DNA of 64,000 nucleotides. It comes from Psammoneis japonica. Lineage: Eukaryota. Below, piece after piece: positions 48,875 through 60,847 of the stretch. The translations under genes were made by a program, and so were the position numbers. The DNA is taken from the NCBI GenBank assembly GCA_008632985.1, contig QPGO01000023.1:124001-188000 (forward strand), given 5' to 3'. Numbering within the stretch: the stretch's first letter is position 1; the number at the start of each line of letters is the position of its first letter. The notes under the pieces are model-generated. The model was not told where the DNA came from. It worked only from the letters and a program-made list of their open reading frames with translations, and did no database searches.

Positions 48875-50162
48875 ATGGACGGAGCTCCGAATCCTGCGAG
48901 CAGTTCTGCATCGTCGGTAGCATCGGGCGGCTCTCGAACGAACGGCAGCAGCGGAGACTTGGGCGGTATGTTTGGGCACGATCTAAGCGGTGCTTCTGCG
49001 TTTGGTGCTTCTCTCATGAATGGCTACGGACTCGATACTACTGCTACTGATACGAAGCCTTCTGCAGCATTGGATATGAGTGACTTTCCCAGTCTAGACG
49101 GAGGAGCAGGAGCAAATCAGAACGGACTGGCAGCGGCGCTCAGACAGCAACAACAGCAGCAGCAACAACAACAACTTTTGGCCCAACAACAACAGCAGCA
49201 ACGACACTTATTACAGAGTGCTTCACCCGGAGGAGGTGGTGGTTCTGGTGACGGAGCATGGCCAGCACTACCGGGAGCACCACCAGGAAGAACCAACGGT
49301 GGGACGAATTCACCTTTTGTTTTGAGAAGTGATGGAGGAGCCGCAGCTCACGAGAACAAGTCACCGATTGTTTCACGGACGTCGTCTGCGGGCAGTGCGT
49401 TTTACAATGCGGGGACTGATGATTCGAGTGATGCTGGTTTGTCATTGCAGCACCAACAACGCTCGTCGACACCGTCATCGGCTTCTGGAGGAGGAGGACA
49501 ATCTACGGCACCAGCCGGAGGTGGTGCAGGATCCACGCTTAGCAGAGAGTACGGACTGTTGGGTTTGCTTGGCTTGATACGTATGCCAGATTCAGATAGA
49601 AAGGCATTGGCACTGGGCACAGATCTGACAGTTATGGGACTTACCGATAGCTCTTCTTCCAAAGAACCTCATTATCAGGTAAATGTTTTGATTGCTATTC
49701 GTTGTGCGCTTTGTATGTGGTGATTTTGAGCTTGACCTGAGTTCTCTCCATCACTTACCCCTTTTATTGATTGTTACTCTCCCTAATCCACAAATCCCAT
49801 AGCTTCCATTCTGTTACTACGTTTCGGCTCCAACACTCAAGACGGGTCATTTCTCAACCTTTGCGCTGGAAACTCTCTTTTACATTTTCTACGGACTCCC
49901 AAAAGACGCTCTGCAAGCATACGCAGCCCAAGAATTGTACGGTAGGGGCTGGCGGTACCATGTAGAACTAGAGTTGTGGTTCAAGGAGGTGGGACCGGCA
50001 GATGGTGTCAATGTACCGGCAGGGAACGGACCGCAGTACATGTACTTTGACAGCAACTCGTGGGAACGACGTCTGTGCAGCCAAGCCATGATGAACAACA
50101 AGAACATTACCAGTGGATTCTTGCCAGAAGAAGAGACAAGGGTCAAGTATCAGCAGTCGTAG
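48875..50162 (+). CDS. NOT2: CCR4-NOT subunit NOT2; intron 49679-49802
   Basis: DFPSL, YGLLGLL.LIRM...LALGTDLT.MGL; spliced NOT box LP.CYY...LETLFYIFYGLPKD.LQAYAAQELY.RGWRYH..L..W. Confidence 0.88.
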
Positions 50163-50949
50163 GAGTATGCTATGGCTTGGTAATGATGATGTGGTGGCTT
50201 TGGTTGTCAATACGATGGAATGAGACATAATATACAGGGGTTGGTGTTTTTTCTTTTTTGCAATTTTGCGTTTTGGAAATTATAGAAAATGGCGTGCAGT
50301 GTTGTTTCAGAAATGCAAGGCAATAAAATAAAAGAATACACAAACACGGTTATCTCTTGGATAGGTTGGTTGTTGATTGTGCATGCATTCTGCGTTGCAT
50401 TTTGTTTTGGCAGACCTAGTTTATCAACTCTGTAATTTTCTGCTTTTATTCCATTCGAGTGCTCACTATGATAGATGCCAGGCTGAAACATGAACCGGTT
50501 CAAGAGTTTTTCTTACGACTACGTAAACCGCGAAGACAGGTGGAGATGAGATGCAGTGAAAAAGTGAAACCAGTTTCCGTGACTGAAAGTTACGCAAAGG
50601 TGATATTGGTGAAATGGTATCCTCAAGAAACGAATAAAAGGTTAATGATTCTCCTTCCGTTGAAATGCATAACTATTTCTCGTAGCCATAATTTTCTATT
50701 GAATTTTTGGTGCGATGATGCTATCTCGCTCGCTCGCTCTGCTCTGATGGCGGATTTTTGTTGCCCATTGCCCATTGCGTTCGTGCATAATTTCAAGTAG
50801 AAGTAGTCAGTAGTCGTACCAGGTAGCCATCTCTCCTTTTCGTGACACCTGGCTTTCCTTATTATCATAGGAAGCCCATACAGTCTCCCTTTCTACAGAC
50901 TTGTACAACGGGTGTCTTGAGACGAGTAGGGCCTGTAGCAAACTCGAGA

Positions 50950-52483
50950 ATGGTGACGGTCTTTCCTTTTCTGACATCATCATGGCCTGTACTCGGCCCG
51001 CTGCTGTTGACATACCTTTCGGGAGAATTTATCTTTTTCTTCTTTTATCATCATGTTTTATTTCCGAGATGCAACCGACGGACTGAACCTCCGGAGTATC
51101 GTGACTATGGTAGGGAGAGACGTAAGCTTATGCAGCGCATACTGAAAAGAATGGATCGAACATGCCGTGCCACTGGAACTGCCTTTATGCCGGCATTTGC
51201 CACCTTTTTGAGAGAATGGTTTCTTCCACCCATTCAACACCACGAAAGCAAAAAACGAAAAACCAAAGTAGAGGAGGAGAAGGAATATGACGAATACCTT
51301 GCATCACCCAATCGGATCTCCACGTTGCCTCTCAAAGGAGATGTGCATGCTTTCTTCACGTGGGTCTTTTTTGCAAAAGATCCTTCTGAACTGGATGAAT
51401 GGATGCTACGCGAAGTGGACGCCATGTATGGAATGGTGTACAAGTCTCACGGTATTACCTTTGCTCCAGGCCGAACGCCCAATCCAGACATTAAACCCAT
51501 GAGCTTTGCATCGACGATATCCAACCCTCTTACAAGCCGCTTTTAGTGTACATTTTTTTCTCGGGTGTACGCCTTTTTGGAATATCTTTCTCTGGGCCTG
51601 TGGTTTTCAACGCTACACGATTCCAGGCAGTAGTTTGCGATACTGGTACCGTTCTCAGCGACGCATGTTGCCACCGAAAATCGGTACTACGACACGTGCC
51701 CCGTTGGAGAATCTCTTGCCTATGATTTTCTTTCATGGTATTGCTCCCGGAGGAGTTGCCTTGTACCTCCCCATGCTGTTGGGAGGCTTTGGACGTGATG
51801 GTCGGGCGATCTATATATTTGAAAATGAAACCATTTCCTTTCGATTGTGTCCTCGGATTCACACCGAGGAAGAGACTGTCAAGGGAGTTTGGGAAGCCGT
51901 CAATCGTCACGACGGACCCAACGCGATTGTGACTCTCATGGCGCATTCCTTTGGTACTTTTCAGGCCACGTGGCTGTTAAAGTCATCCATGGGACATCGC
52001 ATTCGCCAAGCAACACTGATTGATCCGGTATCCATCATGCTTAGTGAACCCGACGTCATGACGAATTTTCTCTACCAACGCCATGGCTACTCCCACAAGC
52101 ACAAGCCGGTCATTGACAAATTTGCCGTTGTGGCGAATGAAATATTTATCGAGCATTATCTCCGTCGGCACTTTGCGTGGTATAACAGTGAACTGTGGTT
52201 GGAGGACATACCCGAAGACACCAAGGTTGTCATTTGCCTCGCGTCGGACGACGAGATTCTGAATGCATCCAAAATCAAGCGCGAGGTGGAAATTTACATG
52301 GACGACATTGGTGGTTCCATGAAGGGGGGTCTGAAATCAAACTCCAAGCTAGAGCTGTTGGTGTGGGACAATGTTGGCCATGGCTATTGCATATCGTGTT
52401 CTCGTGCATGGAAGGAAACGCGCTCACTAATGAGACGTCAAGAGCACCTGATTCTCAAGGAAGAATCTTTAAAGGAGAGCTAA
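50950..52483 (+). CDS. Alpha/beta-hydrolase-fold membrane protein; two 1-bp frameshifts near 51505 and 51580
   Basis: PMIFFHGI, AHSFGT nucleophile elbow, LIDPV, D..L and GHG motifs. Confidence 0.8.
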
Positions 52484-52575
52484 CCAACTAGTTTTATGTG
52501 TTGAGTTTGCATCTGCAACGCCCCGTAGGTTGCATCAGCTTCTCTCGCCGGAGAAGGACGCGGTATGCAACAATT

Positions 52576-53046
52576 TCAATAGTTTCCTGGTAACAGCGCA
52601 TCAGGAGCGTCATGCAGTTCGTTAAGCTCTGATATTTTCTTCAAACCGTACTGGTAGATTCCCCATAGCTCCTGCTGTTTGCGAAAGATCGTTCGTCGCT
52701 TCTTTTTCATCTGTTCAACGTCGTCTCGGAGTTTTTCCCTTTTCTTTTGCAACTTCTGAATTGTCTCACTCGTCACTTTATCCTTTTCTGTTGGTGTTTC
52801 TTCTGTTGCTTCGGTCTCTTCTTTGGGATCCGTATCCTCCGTTGAATCTTTTATTGTTGCTGCTATGGCTTTGGCGTTGGGTTGTCTCTTGATACCGGAA
52901 GCGGGCAAGACAAGCGGCACGGTGGAGGCAATCACTCGGCTCCGCTCAGACAAAGACATTGACCGTTTGCTTTCATCTCGAGGCCGCTTTAATGAATCAG
53001 CAAGAGAAGAAAGATTCTCTCCGATTGTCCGTCCAGAGCTTGTCAT
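52576..53046 (-). CDS. Small coiled-coil hypothetical protein
   Basis: 156-aa ORF with charged heptads and normal dinucleotide composition. Confidence 0.65.
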   Translation of the reverse strand: MTSSGRTIGENLSSLADSLKRPRDESKRSMSLSERSRVIASTVPLVLPASGIKRQPNAKAIAATIKDSTEDTDPKEETEATEETPTEKDKVTSETIQKLQKKREKLRDDVEQMKKKRRTIFRKQQELWGIYQYGLKKISELNELHDAPDALLPGNY

Positions 53047-53239
53047 GATTTATATCTCTAATGTGTGGCAGAAGTGCAGCAGCTACACCGCACGCAAGCG
53101 CTCTGTGGCAGACGCGACACGCGCGATTGTTCGCAGTGGCTGCACACACACCGTGTACTCTCTCTACTGCCGGCAGCTAGAGCTGGACACTCTCTACACT
53201 TTACTAGAGTAGAGTCTACAATGGAACACACTCGTGCTG

Positions 53240-54240
53240 AATCTGCGGAACAGCACACGAAACAGCATGTTTGTTTGTTGTTTGTGATGCAATCATGTGG
53301 AACTTGCACCTCTCCATTTGTCCATGCCTCAAAGCAAAACTTGAAAGATCCGAGAGCACATGCGATGATGATGCGCTTGCTCTCAATGGTGCGGCATTGA
53401 GCGACAAATCTGTTGTTCCACAAGAGGCTGGCAACATTGACCAAGTTGAGCGCAATGTGCAGCACAGTCAACACAGCACAGAAATGAAAGGGGCTCACTC
53501 TGACTCTTTAGAGCTTTTGGAGCAGCACAAGCAGGTTGTCTTTTTCCATGTGTTCCTTGTCAAGACAGGGTGGGAAAAGCCATCAGAAATCCTTGCTTTG
53601 GTTCTTGAGGACTTTGAAGCCTTTTTGTGGAATGTCCCAGCCATGGGATTCATCTGTGGCACTGCCAAAGATGTGAGAGAGTGCATGCAGGCCAAGCCAA
53701 CAAGCACTTCCAGAGGAGCACAAAGTGAGGCATCATGAAAACACTGCCAGAGTGCTGGTCGTCAAAAAAAAATCACCAGCTTGTGCTGCAGCTCACTCCC
53801 AATGCAAGTTTGGCACATGAAATGGAAGTGGTGCATGTTGTGCATCTGCAGCTGCTGGCATTTTCTTTGTGGTGGTGACTGGGGTGGCTGGCAGCCTGGA
53901 TGACACAATGCATGTGTTGCCATCTGTGCACATCAAGACAATGACGGTGGTGAGTGGACATGGCCAATTGAGCCAGCAGCGCTTGGCAGCATCCTTCAGC
54001 AAAGATGGCAGGGTGTTGGCTCTTGGAGCCAAATGCAGTGGCAGCAGTGTTGGGGGGGCATCTCCAGCCAGCAGCTGGCCAAAGAATCTTGTGTGAAACT
54101 GGTGTGGTGCTGAAAGAGTCTGTCAATCAGCGCATTTGGGGGATTTGGCCAGGATTTGGTGAATGCTGGACAGACTCAATGCAGGAGAATTTCCCTGCCA
54201 ATTTAGAGGAAGCAACACCTGCTCAAATCTGCAAGTGAAA
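53240..54240 (-). pseudogene. Decayed gene, membrane-protein-like C-terminus, unknown product
   Basis: Protein-like frames QILAKSPK...RFFGQLLAGDAPP...RCWLNWPCP and AVLTVLHIALNLVNVASLLW...IIIACALGSFKFCF. Confidence 0.3.
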
Positions 54241-54943
54241 CAACGCTTGTTTTTTATCTATGACGGGAGATGGAGTTGCAGTCAAAAATCTGTTCTGTCA
54301 TTGTCACCTGGACAGCAATTCTGCACCCAGATGCGCTTGATTGCACAAGTTAAGAGCAACTCTGGGAAGCAGCCCCCCTTTTTTTTTTGCCAAATGCCCT
54401 TTTTTTTTTGCAAGTTGTTGGCACAGTTCACAGTGGGACAAACAGAAGCAAATGGCTCAGTTTGGTGGCAGCACGCAGTGATGTGCCATGCAACAAAAGC
54501 CAACTTGTGCAGTCATGTTTTGTGCAACAGACAATGTGCCACAAAACACAGTTGAATCAGTGATGATGCCATGCAATGTGTGCCATGCAGCCAATGTGCC
54601 AATGCAACAAACATGCCAAGTTGTGTGGCTGCATCAGGCAGCACGCTGCAAAACACAACTGAGTCTGGTGATGCCATGTCACAAGTGCCAAATGGCATGG
54701 TTGCAACACACATGAAACTGAAGCTCACTGGGAAAATGACCCTTGTTGCACCTGTGCTGGCAGCAGATGCATGGATTGCTGCTTTTCAAGTGCTCATCAA
54801 TGCAGGTCAACCCTTGGCCCTGATCCTTTCAACACACCAGCAGTGCACCCACACTCCACACACCACCACCAAACTGTCTTGTCTGACTCACAGGAAGAGT
54901 GTCAAAATCAACACCTCAACCTTTTTTTTAATTTTCTCCTTTG

Positions 54944-55339
54944 GACGCGTTCCAGCCCTAGGTGGGAGCTCGTAGTACTGACGTGTGACAACAATAATTT
55001 TTATCATCCGTCGTATGTTTCGTACGTAGATTTCTACGTGTGATATTTAAAAAAAATTGTCCAGACTCGCTGTTTTGCGAAGCCCCAGACGTTTTATATG
55101 ACAAATTTATAGAAACAATAATGCGCCAGTTACATTCTTCAATGTCTGAAGAATGTAACTGGCTAAGTAAAAAATGATGTACTTCAATCATGTGCGAGTT
55201 TGTGCGTTCGCAAAATTGCCTCATTTTCTGTTGGCGATCATTGACATTTTAATTACCGTATAATTTTACTACGGAGTTCGCACGTAGAAGTCTACGGGCC
55301 CAATGTCACACGGATTCCCACCTACGTCTGGAACGCGTC
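54944..55339. mobile_element. Non-autonomous TIR element (MITE, ~396 bp)
   Basis: Imperfect ~24-bp TIR gacgcgttccagccctaggtggga / tcccacctacgtctggaacgcgtc, flanked by TTTG on both sides; internal inverted pair cgtagatttctacgtgtga / tcgcacgtagaagtctacg. Confidence 0.8.
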
Positions 55340-56439
55340 TTTGGCAAAAAAGACAGCTGTTCAGAGAGAGCATTGTGTGGTGCTGTCTGTCATCACCAAA
55401 GCAGGATGACGATGCTGTGGTCTTTCACTGCTTGAATTGATCATGCAACAAAACACAGCTTGGAATTGTGCAAGTGCTCAAACAGCACTGAGTTGAAGAG
55501 GTTGTTCTCATTTCCTGATGCACAATGCCCCTGCCTATGTGTTGGTGTTGTTCCAGTCCTTCTCAACTCATTTTGCACTCCATCTGTGTGCTTCATCACC
55601 CAAGATGACCATCAGTGTGCATGTCTTTGACAAGAAGGATCTTTTCCAGGAGAATGAAAATTGTGCTCAACCTTTCTTTCAACACTTGCTGGTTGTCAGA
55701 TTCCTGCTCCAGAGTTTTCTGCCCTCTGGATGATTTTTGCAACTCAAGTGTCAAGAAAAGAGCAGAGACAAACCTGGCTTCCAAGTTTGATTTCTCTGAT
55801 TTTGAACCAGCACAGAGGGTGGCATCATCAAAGGCAATTGAAACTTTGTCCAGGCAATGTGTCGCATGTTCAATGGCCCATGCATGGCAGTCATCTCAAA
55901 ACAAGCAACAGACAAATGGCAAACAGTTGTTGGCCTGAGGATGGGCACACGCGGGGGCAAGATCTAGATGCTTGCAGGCCATGCAATTCCCACACTTGAC
56001 AGCATCAATTTTGCCTGCCTTGGAGCACCCCCAAATGCTTGTTTGCTTGTTGAACCCTTGCCAGGGCTGCTGTGCTGCTGCAAGAGCTTCTGCATGACCC
56101 CCCTTGAAACTTCAGGTGTCACATGTCCACCTGTGCCCTGTTGCTGGGTTGAAATTGCTGCCAATTTTTGCCAAAATTGTGTGACTTGTGGCAGACAAGT
56201 GCCAACAATTGGTGTTTGACTGGCTGCAGGCATGTCTGTTGTCTGTGCATTCCATCATGTCATGCAAGTGAACAATGTTTGGGCTGTCCTGCTGGAGTTC
56301 TGCTTTGGTGAGCTCCTGCATTTGATGCTGTTGTTGGAAGTTTTTTTTTCAAAGAACAAAGGGCCACAAACATGACCAAAATGTCAATGGTCTTTGTGAG
56401 GTTTGCATTGATGTGCACAATTTCCACCTTTTTGTGTTG

Positions 56440-57465
56440 TTCTCACATCACATGTCTTTGACTCTTGTTTTGACAGGACAGATTTGAGCTTGCTGGTTTT
56501 TTTCTGAGGACACCAAGGCACTGCCAGCTCACATCAGTGCATGTCATGCACAAGGCTGGATTGCTTGTCTTGGTCTCAGTGGCTTCTGATGTTGTGCTAA
56601 AAATGAGAAGCAAAAATGCCCCACAACAACCCTGTGGTTTCACAGCACAGACCAGGCACCACCAGTCAAGATGGGCTGCCATCTGTCAAACCACAGACAC
56701 CCATGCCATTGATGAAAAAATCTGAAGATGCAAAAGAACAATGGCCCCTGCTGATCTTCTTGACTGCAAGCATCATGCCAACTGCAGAATGTGTGGGTGT
56801 GTCATGCAGAGTTTTGAGTGTCACTTTTCCATTTGTTGTGCTGGCCAGAAAGATCTGCAACACATGGATGTGAGAAGCTGTGAGACAAGGTTTGCCATGA
56901 TGTTGTGTTGACCACCATGCACAATTTCTCTAAGTTGGGAGAGAGGTGCACAGCTTGCAGACAAGTGTGAGCATGTGTGCTTTGGGAGGCAGCGGAGGCA
57001 ACCAGATCAAGAGCCAATCTCTTGACAACATCTTCCATCTCTTTGGTCCCAAGAAATCTGGCAGAACTTGAACCCAGTGGGAGAGTCGTCAAACATCAAT
57101 TCAAGCAAAATGTTGAGTCCTTGAAAACAGACAGGTGTTCTGGCGAGATTGCACCATTTGATGTGGTTGTGGAAGAGGAGTGATTGCTCATCAGTTAAAC
57201 GCCAATCGCAGGTCCTGTCCATGTGGTTGTCCCATTCCCTGTTTGTGGCCACCGGCACGAAGCTTTGAATGCAACATTTTGATGGCTGCAAGACCTCCAT
57301 GAGATTGTCGATCAGGTGAATGTTGCTATGATGTGAAGAAAAGTCCCCATCCCAATGACATTCTTTTAGCTTGAAACCTCGTCTTGTGTCATCCTCTTGT
57401 CGTCTGAGAGCTGCAAGCAAAATTTCATCTAAATTGCACCCATTGACACTTAAAAATCCCGCCAA
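56440..57465 (-). pseudogene. Decayed protein gene, possibly diatom LRR-like family
   Basis: MAGFLSVNG.NLDEILLAALRRQ..., LQIFLAST....TLKTL, C-terminal ..GVLRKKP; several frameshifts. Confidence 0.3.
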
Positions 57466-57689
57466 CGAAGCTTCCTAAAGTCGTGTTTTGAAAAGCAAGG
57501 TTCGCTGCCGACAGTTCGTGATGCTCTTTTCTTGCATTCCATGGCGCTTCTGCTTGGCACACAGGTCATCATTGGAAGAACATGATTCGAAAGGAATCTG
57601 AGCTGGATTGCTGGTTCTTCTTCCTTTTCGTCGACAAAGTCCTGAAGCTCAAGTTCGTTCACAACATCCACCCCACAAGTGTTCCCTGC

Positions 57690-58760
57690 AAACTGCTCTC
57701 CATGTGCCCCTGCCTCTTTGCTGTCATCCTTCTTGTCCGACTTGTTGTTGTGCCTGCATGAGCGTGGATGTCGAGATGTTCCTTCTCGTGAGTGACTCGA
57801 ATCTGGAGTGAAATCATCACCGTCGCCTTGGCCATCTTTGGACGGGTTTCTCTTGTCATCAAAAGGTTGTTTCCGCAAAACATGCACCATGCAGAACAAC
57901 CAAGAAAGTCCATCCGAAACAAAGTGACATCAACAGAGTCGGAAATGTCAAACATGTGCTCCAAATGGATCTTTTCTTTGCTGCCGGTGCGGATGACACA
58001 TTGGGACAATCTTCCACGTTGTGAGCCAAACCAGTGGAAATGCCATCTCTTGTTGAGATTGGTCATCACAGTCAGTGCACTTTTGTCAGGATTCAGGGAT
58101 GAAGCAGCAAGATGCTGGAGGATGACCTGGTGTTCATGGGCTCCAGCATTGGTGTCTTTCTGATGCTCCACACCTGCCCACATGTTCTGGCAAATTGCGG
58201 CATTGTTGACTTCTTTGCCCTCTGCAAGAACTGTGTCAACATTGCCCGATGCCTTGTGCTTCCCACCGCCCAGTTTTGGCACACACAGCAGGTCTTTACA
58301 TTCATTGCATTCGGCAAAAGCGCATTCCTGTGGTCATTGCATTTTGTCTTCAAGACAATTCATGTGCCCGTCGCGATTCTCCTGGCTGTCTTCTTTGCTT
58401 TTGAACCAAGTAAAAAAGCCCACATCAGGCAGGTTGGCAGGCCACTTGCTCCATTCGGCACCGGTCAGTTTGGGGCCCAAGTCATCACTCACTTCGTGAT
58501 GGCATCAGACTTTGCCTCTGAAAATGCCAAAGTCTCTGCCTCACGCTGCTGCTTTCAGACGCATTCCACAACCTCCAGTGCACCAGCATTGAGCTGTTGC
58601 TGCTGAAGTTGTTGTGCACCAATGCAACAGCGTGTCTCCCCGATGGTCAAAATTCCACCATCACAGAAGATGAGAGTGCCGAATCTCTTGACAAAAGGCT
58701 CTTTCTTGTTGGCTTTGATGGTGCTGCATGGAATGAACAGGGTGGATGCGAGCACATGTT
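57690..58760 (-). pseudogene. Crinkler (CRN)-like protein pseudogene
   Basis: GNVDTVLAE...WAGVEHQK...QVILQHLAAS.LNP....LTVMTNLNKRWHFHWF resembles the restriction-endonuclease-like CRN C-terminal domain found in stramenopiles (recalled, not searched). Confidence 0.55.
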
Positions 58761-58979
58761 GGAGTGAATTGCTGTTGTTTCTTCATCATCCCACTTCACC
58801 AATGCAAGGCCATTGGCAGCCAGCACCTCCACTGCAGGCAATTCCGCCTCCTCCTCCAACTGAGCTGCTGAAGTGGCGTCCATTTTCTTGTTTGTTGTCG
58901 TTCATGGCAGTTGTTTGTGTTTTTGCTCGCATCTCGCATGCTCTGCATCCATGTCATCTTCTTCTGTGTCACAATGAAG

Positions 58980-60010
58980 AAATGCATCAACACAATCCTG
59001 AATTCCCCATCACATCAAAATCATCAGCATTGTTGAAAGATGCCGGTGTTCAATCAACACACCATGTCTGGGGTGTGACCTCATTTCTCCAAGAGCGCCG
59101 TGACCGCACCTGCGTCCAATTTGTTGCTTCCGACTGTTGCGCACAACCCCAACATGTTTTGAACTTGGCGGCACAAGAGTGCATTGCCCACAATGCAAAC
59201 ATTGACCAGACATGCATTGGACAGCTTGTGAGCAAACATTCCTGCATCACATGGCTGACTTGACATTTGCACATCTTGGATGGCAACAATCGGCGACAGT
59301 CGTTGGCATTTGGAACTTCCAAAAGTGGTGAAATCATTCATCCTGATCAAATGGGATGATGCTGTTTCATTGATAAAATGTTCAATGGATCATTTGCATT
59401 GATTCTCCATGATCTGTCCCATCAAATGGCACAGCGTCATCTCTCTCTCCAGTTGTCAAATTGAGGATTGGCAAACACAGGTGCATTGGGCAGCACTGAA
59501 GCGTGCACTCCAATCAATCGTTTCTGGCCAATTGAGTCTTGCCCATAAAACTTGTTCTTCATGAAATGTGGGGCCTTGGCAACGGATGGAATGCGAACAG
59601 TGTCATTTTGTTGTCCCAAATGCCACGGATCATTCCCTCGAGAATCTCTTCTTCCAACATGTTGTGACAAATGACGGTTCAAGCCATGTGGCGGAGATTG
59701 CATGATTCCTGCTCTCATGTTGTGGCTTTCAAGGATGAATGTCGACATGACATGTGTTGCTCAAGGCATGAGCTCCCCAATCCGTTCTCGACGACACTTG
59801 GATGTTTTCACAATTGTCAGGCCCAACCAGCTGGCAGACCGCTTTTAGAATCTGTCGCTCAAAACAGAAAACAGTCCCTCCAATCGGTGCCATCCTCTAA
59901 AATGCAGTCTTCTTGGTTTTGCTGACATGAGAATCCCAGAAACGGAGCACCATTGTGCTGAACCGGAAAGGCATGTCGACAAAATCCATCCAATCGGGTC
60001 ACTGCCATGC
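58980..60010 (-). pseudogene. Decayed gene of unknown product
   Basis: MAVTRLDGFCRHAFPV... followed by frameshifted protein-like segments with TGA interruptions. Confidence 0.3.
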
Positions 60011-60084
60011 GTGCACACCAGAAAACGCGAAAAAATGAGGCTGCAAACAAATTCGCGTTTTGAGAACAAAAAGCAAAAATCTTG

Positions 60085-60255
60085 GAGGTCTAAATTTCAA
60101 AATGGTTTTCTCAAAAAAGCATTAGACCTCTAATCGTTTTTTATCTGTACCTCAGACCTCGAGGTCTAATGGTTTCTTCGAAAAAGCATTAGACCTCTAA
60201 TGGTTTTTTATCTGTACCTCAGACCTCGAGGTCTAATGGCTTCTTCGAGACCTCG
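60085..60255. repeat. 67-bp tandem array (~2.3 copies) built from AGACCTC/GAGGTCT palindromic motifs
   Basis: Units start at 60101, 60168 and 60235; each full unit contains agacctcgaggtct and attagacctctaat. Confidence 0.9.
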
Positions 60256-60847
60256 TAGAATTTTGAATTCTCCAACTCTCAACGCAACACACCTTACACC
60301 TGATGCGCCGACGACGAGTTGGAGTTATGACGAGCGTTGTTGCAATACAACCGCGACAACCAACGAGGATATCAGCAAGCTTTTCTTACAGACTGCGCAG
60401 GTATATGTTTTATCAATTGTCAACGTTGCATGGTTCTACTTTGGTGGTTGTAGTGTAACGAGTAGAGCAAACGACGGGTGGGAGCGGTGGAGTTGAACGC
60501 TCGCATTAAACTCCTTTTGAGAATCGAGAAACTCCTTTATCGGTACGTGCTAAGTTGACGTCCGTTAGTTTTGACGACAGAAAACAAGGGTTAAATGCAG
60601 CCGGGAACTAATACGTTCATTCTGTAATTCTTTCTTTTTCTCAGCTCGGGTTTACGCGATCCTGACCATCGTTGAGCGATTCGGATTCATACTAGTGCCC
60701 TCCTCGAGTCTTTGCTCTCATCATCAAGCTATGGTGCCTTAACGGCTTCATACATGCTAGTAAACTCTGAGTGCATTTGAGGAGCTCAGTACTGTAGGGC
60801 TTCTCACATTTCTGGTTGGGCGAGAGTAGAACAATAAGTATTCAAGA

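Larger units (their letters stand above)
53220..60060. other. TA-depleted hypermutated domain 4 (interrupted by an intact MITE)
   Basis: TA nearly absent apart from TTTA/TAAA contexts; Tyr-poor ORFs on all six frames. Confidence 0.9.

Noticed and set aside
60101..60255. CRISPR array
   Set aside because: Head-to-tail tandem repeat with no unique spacers.
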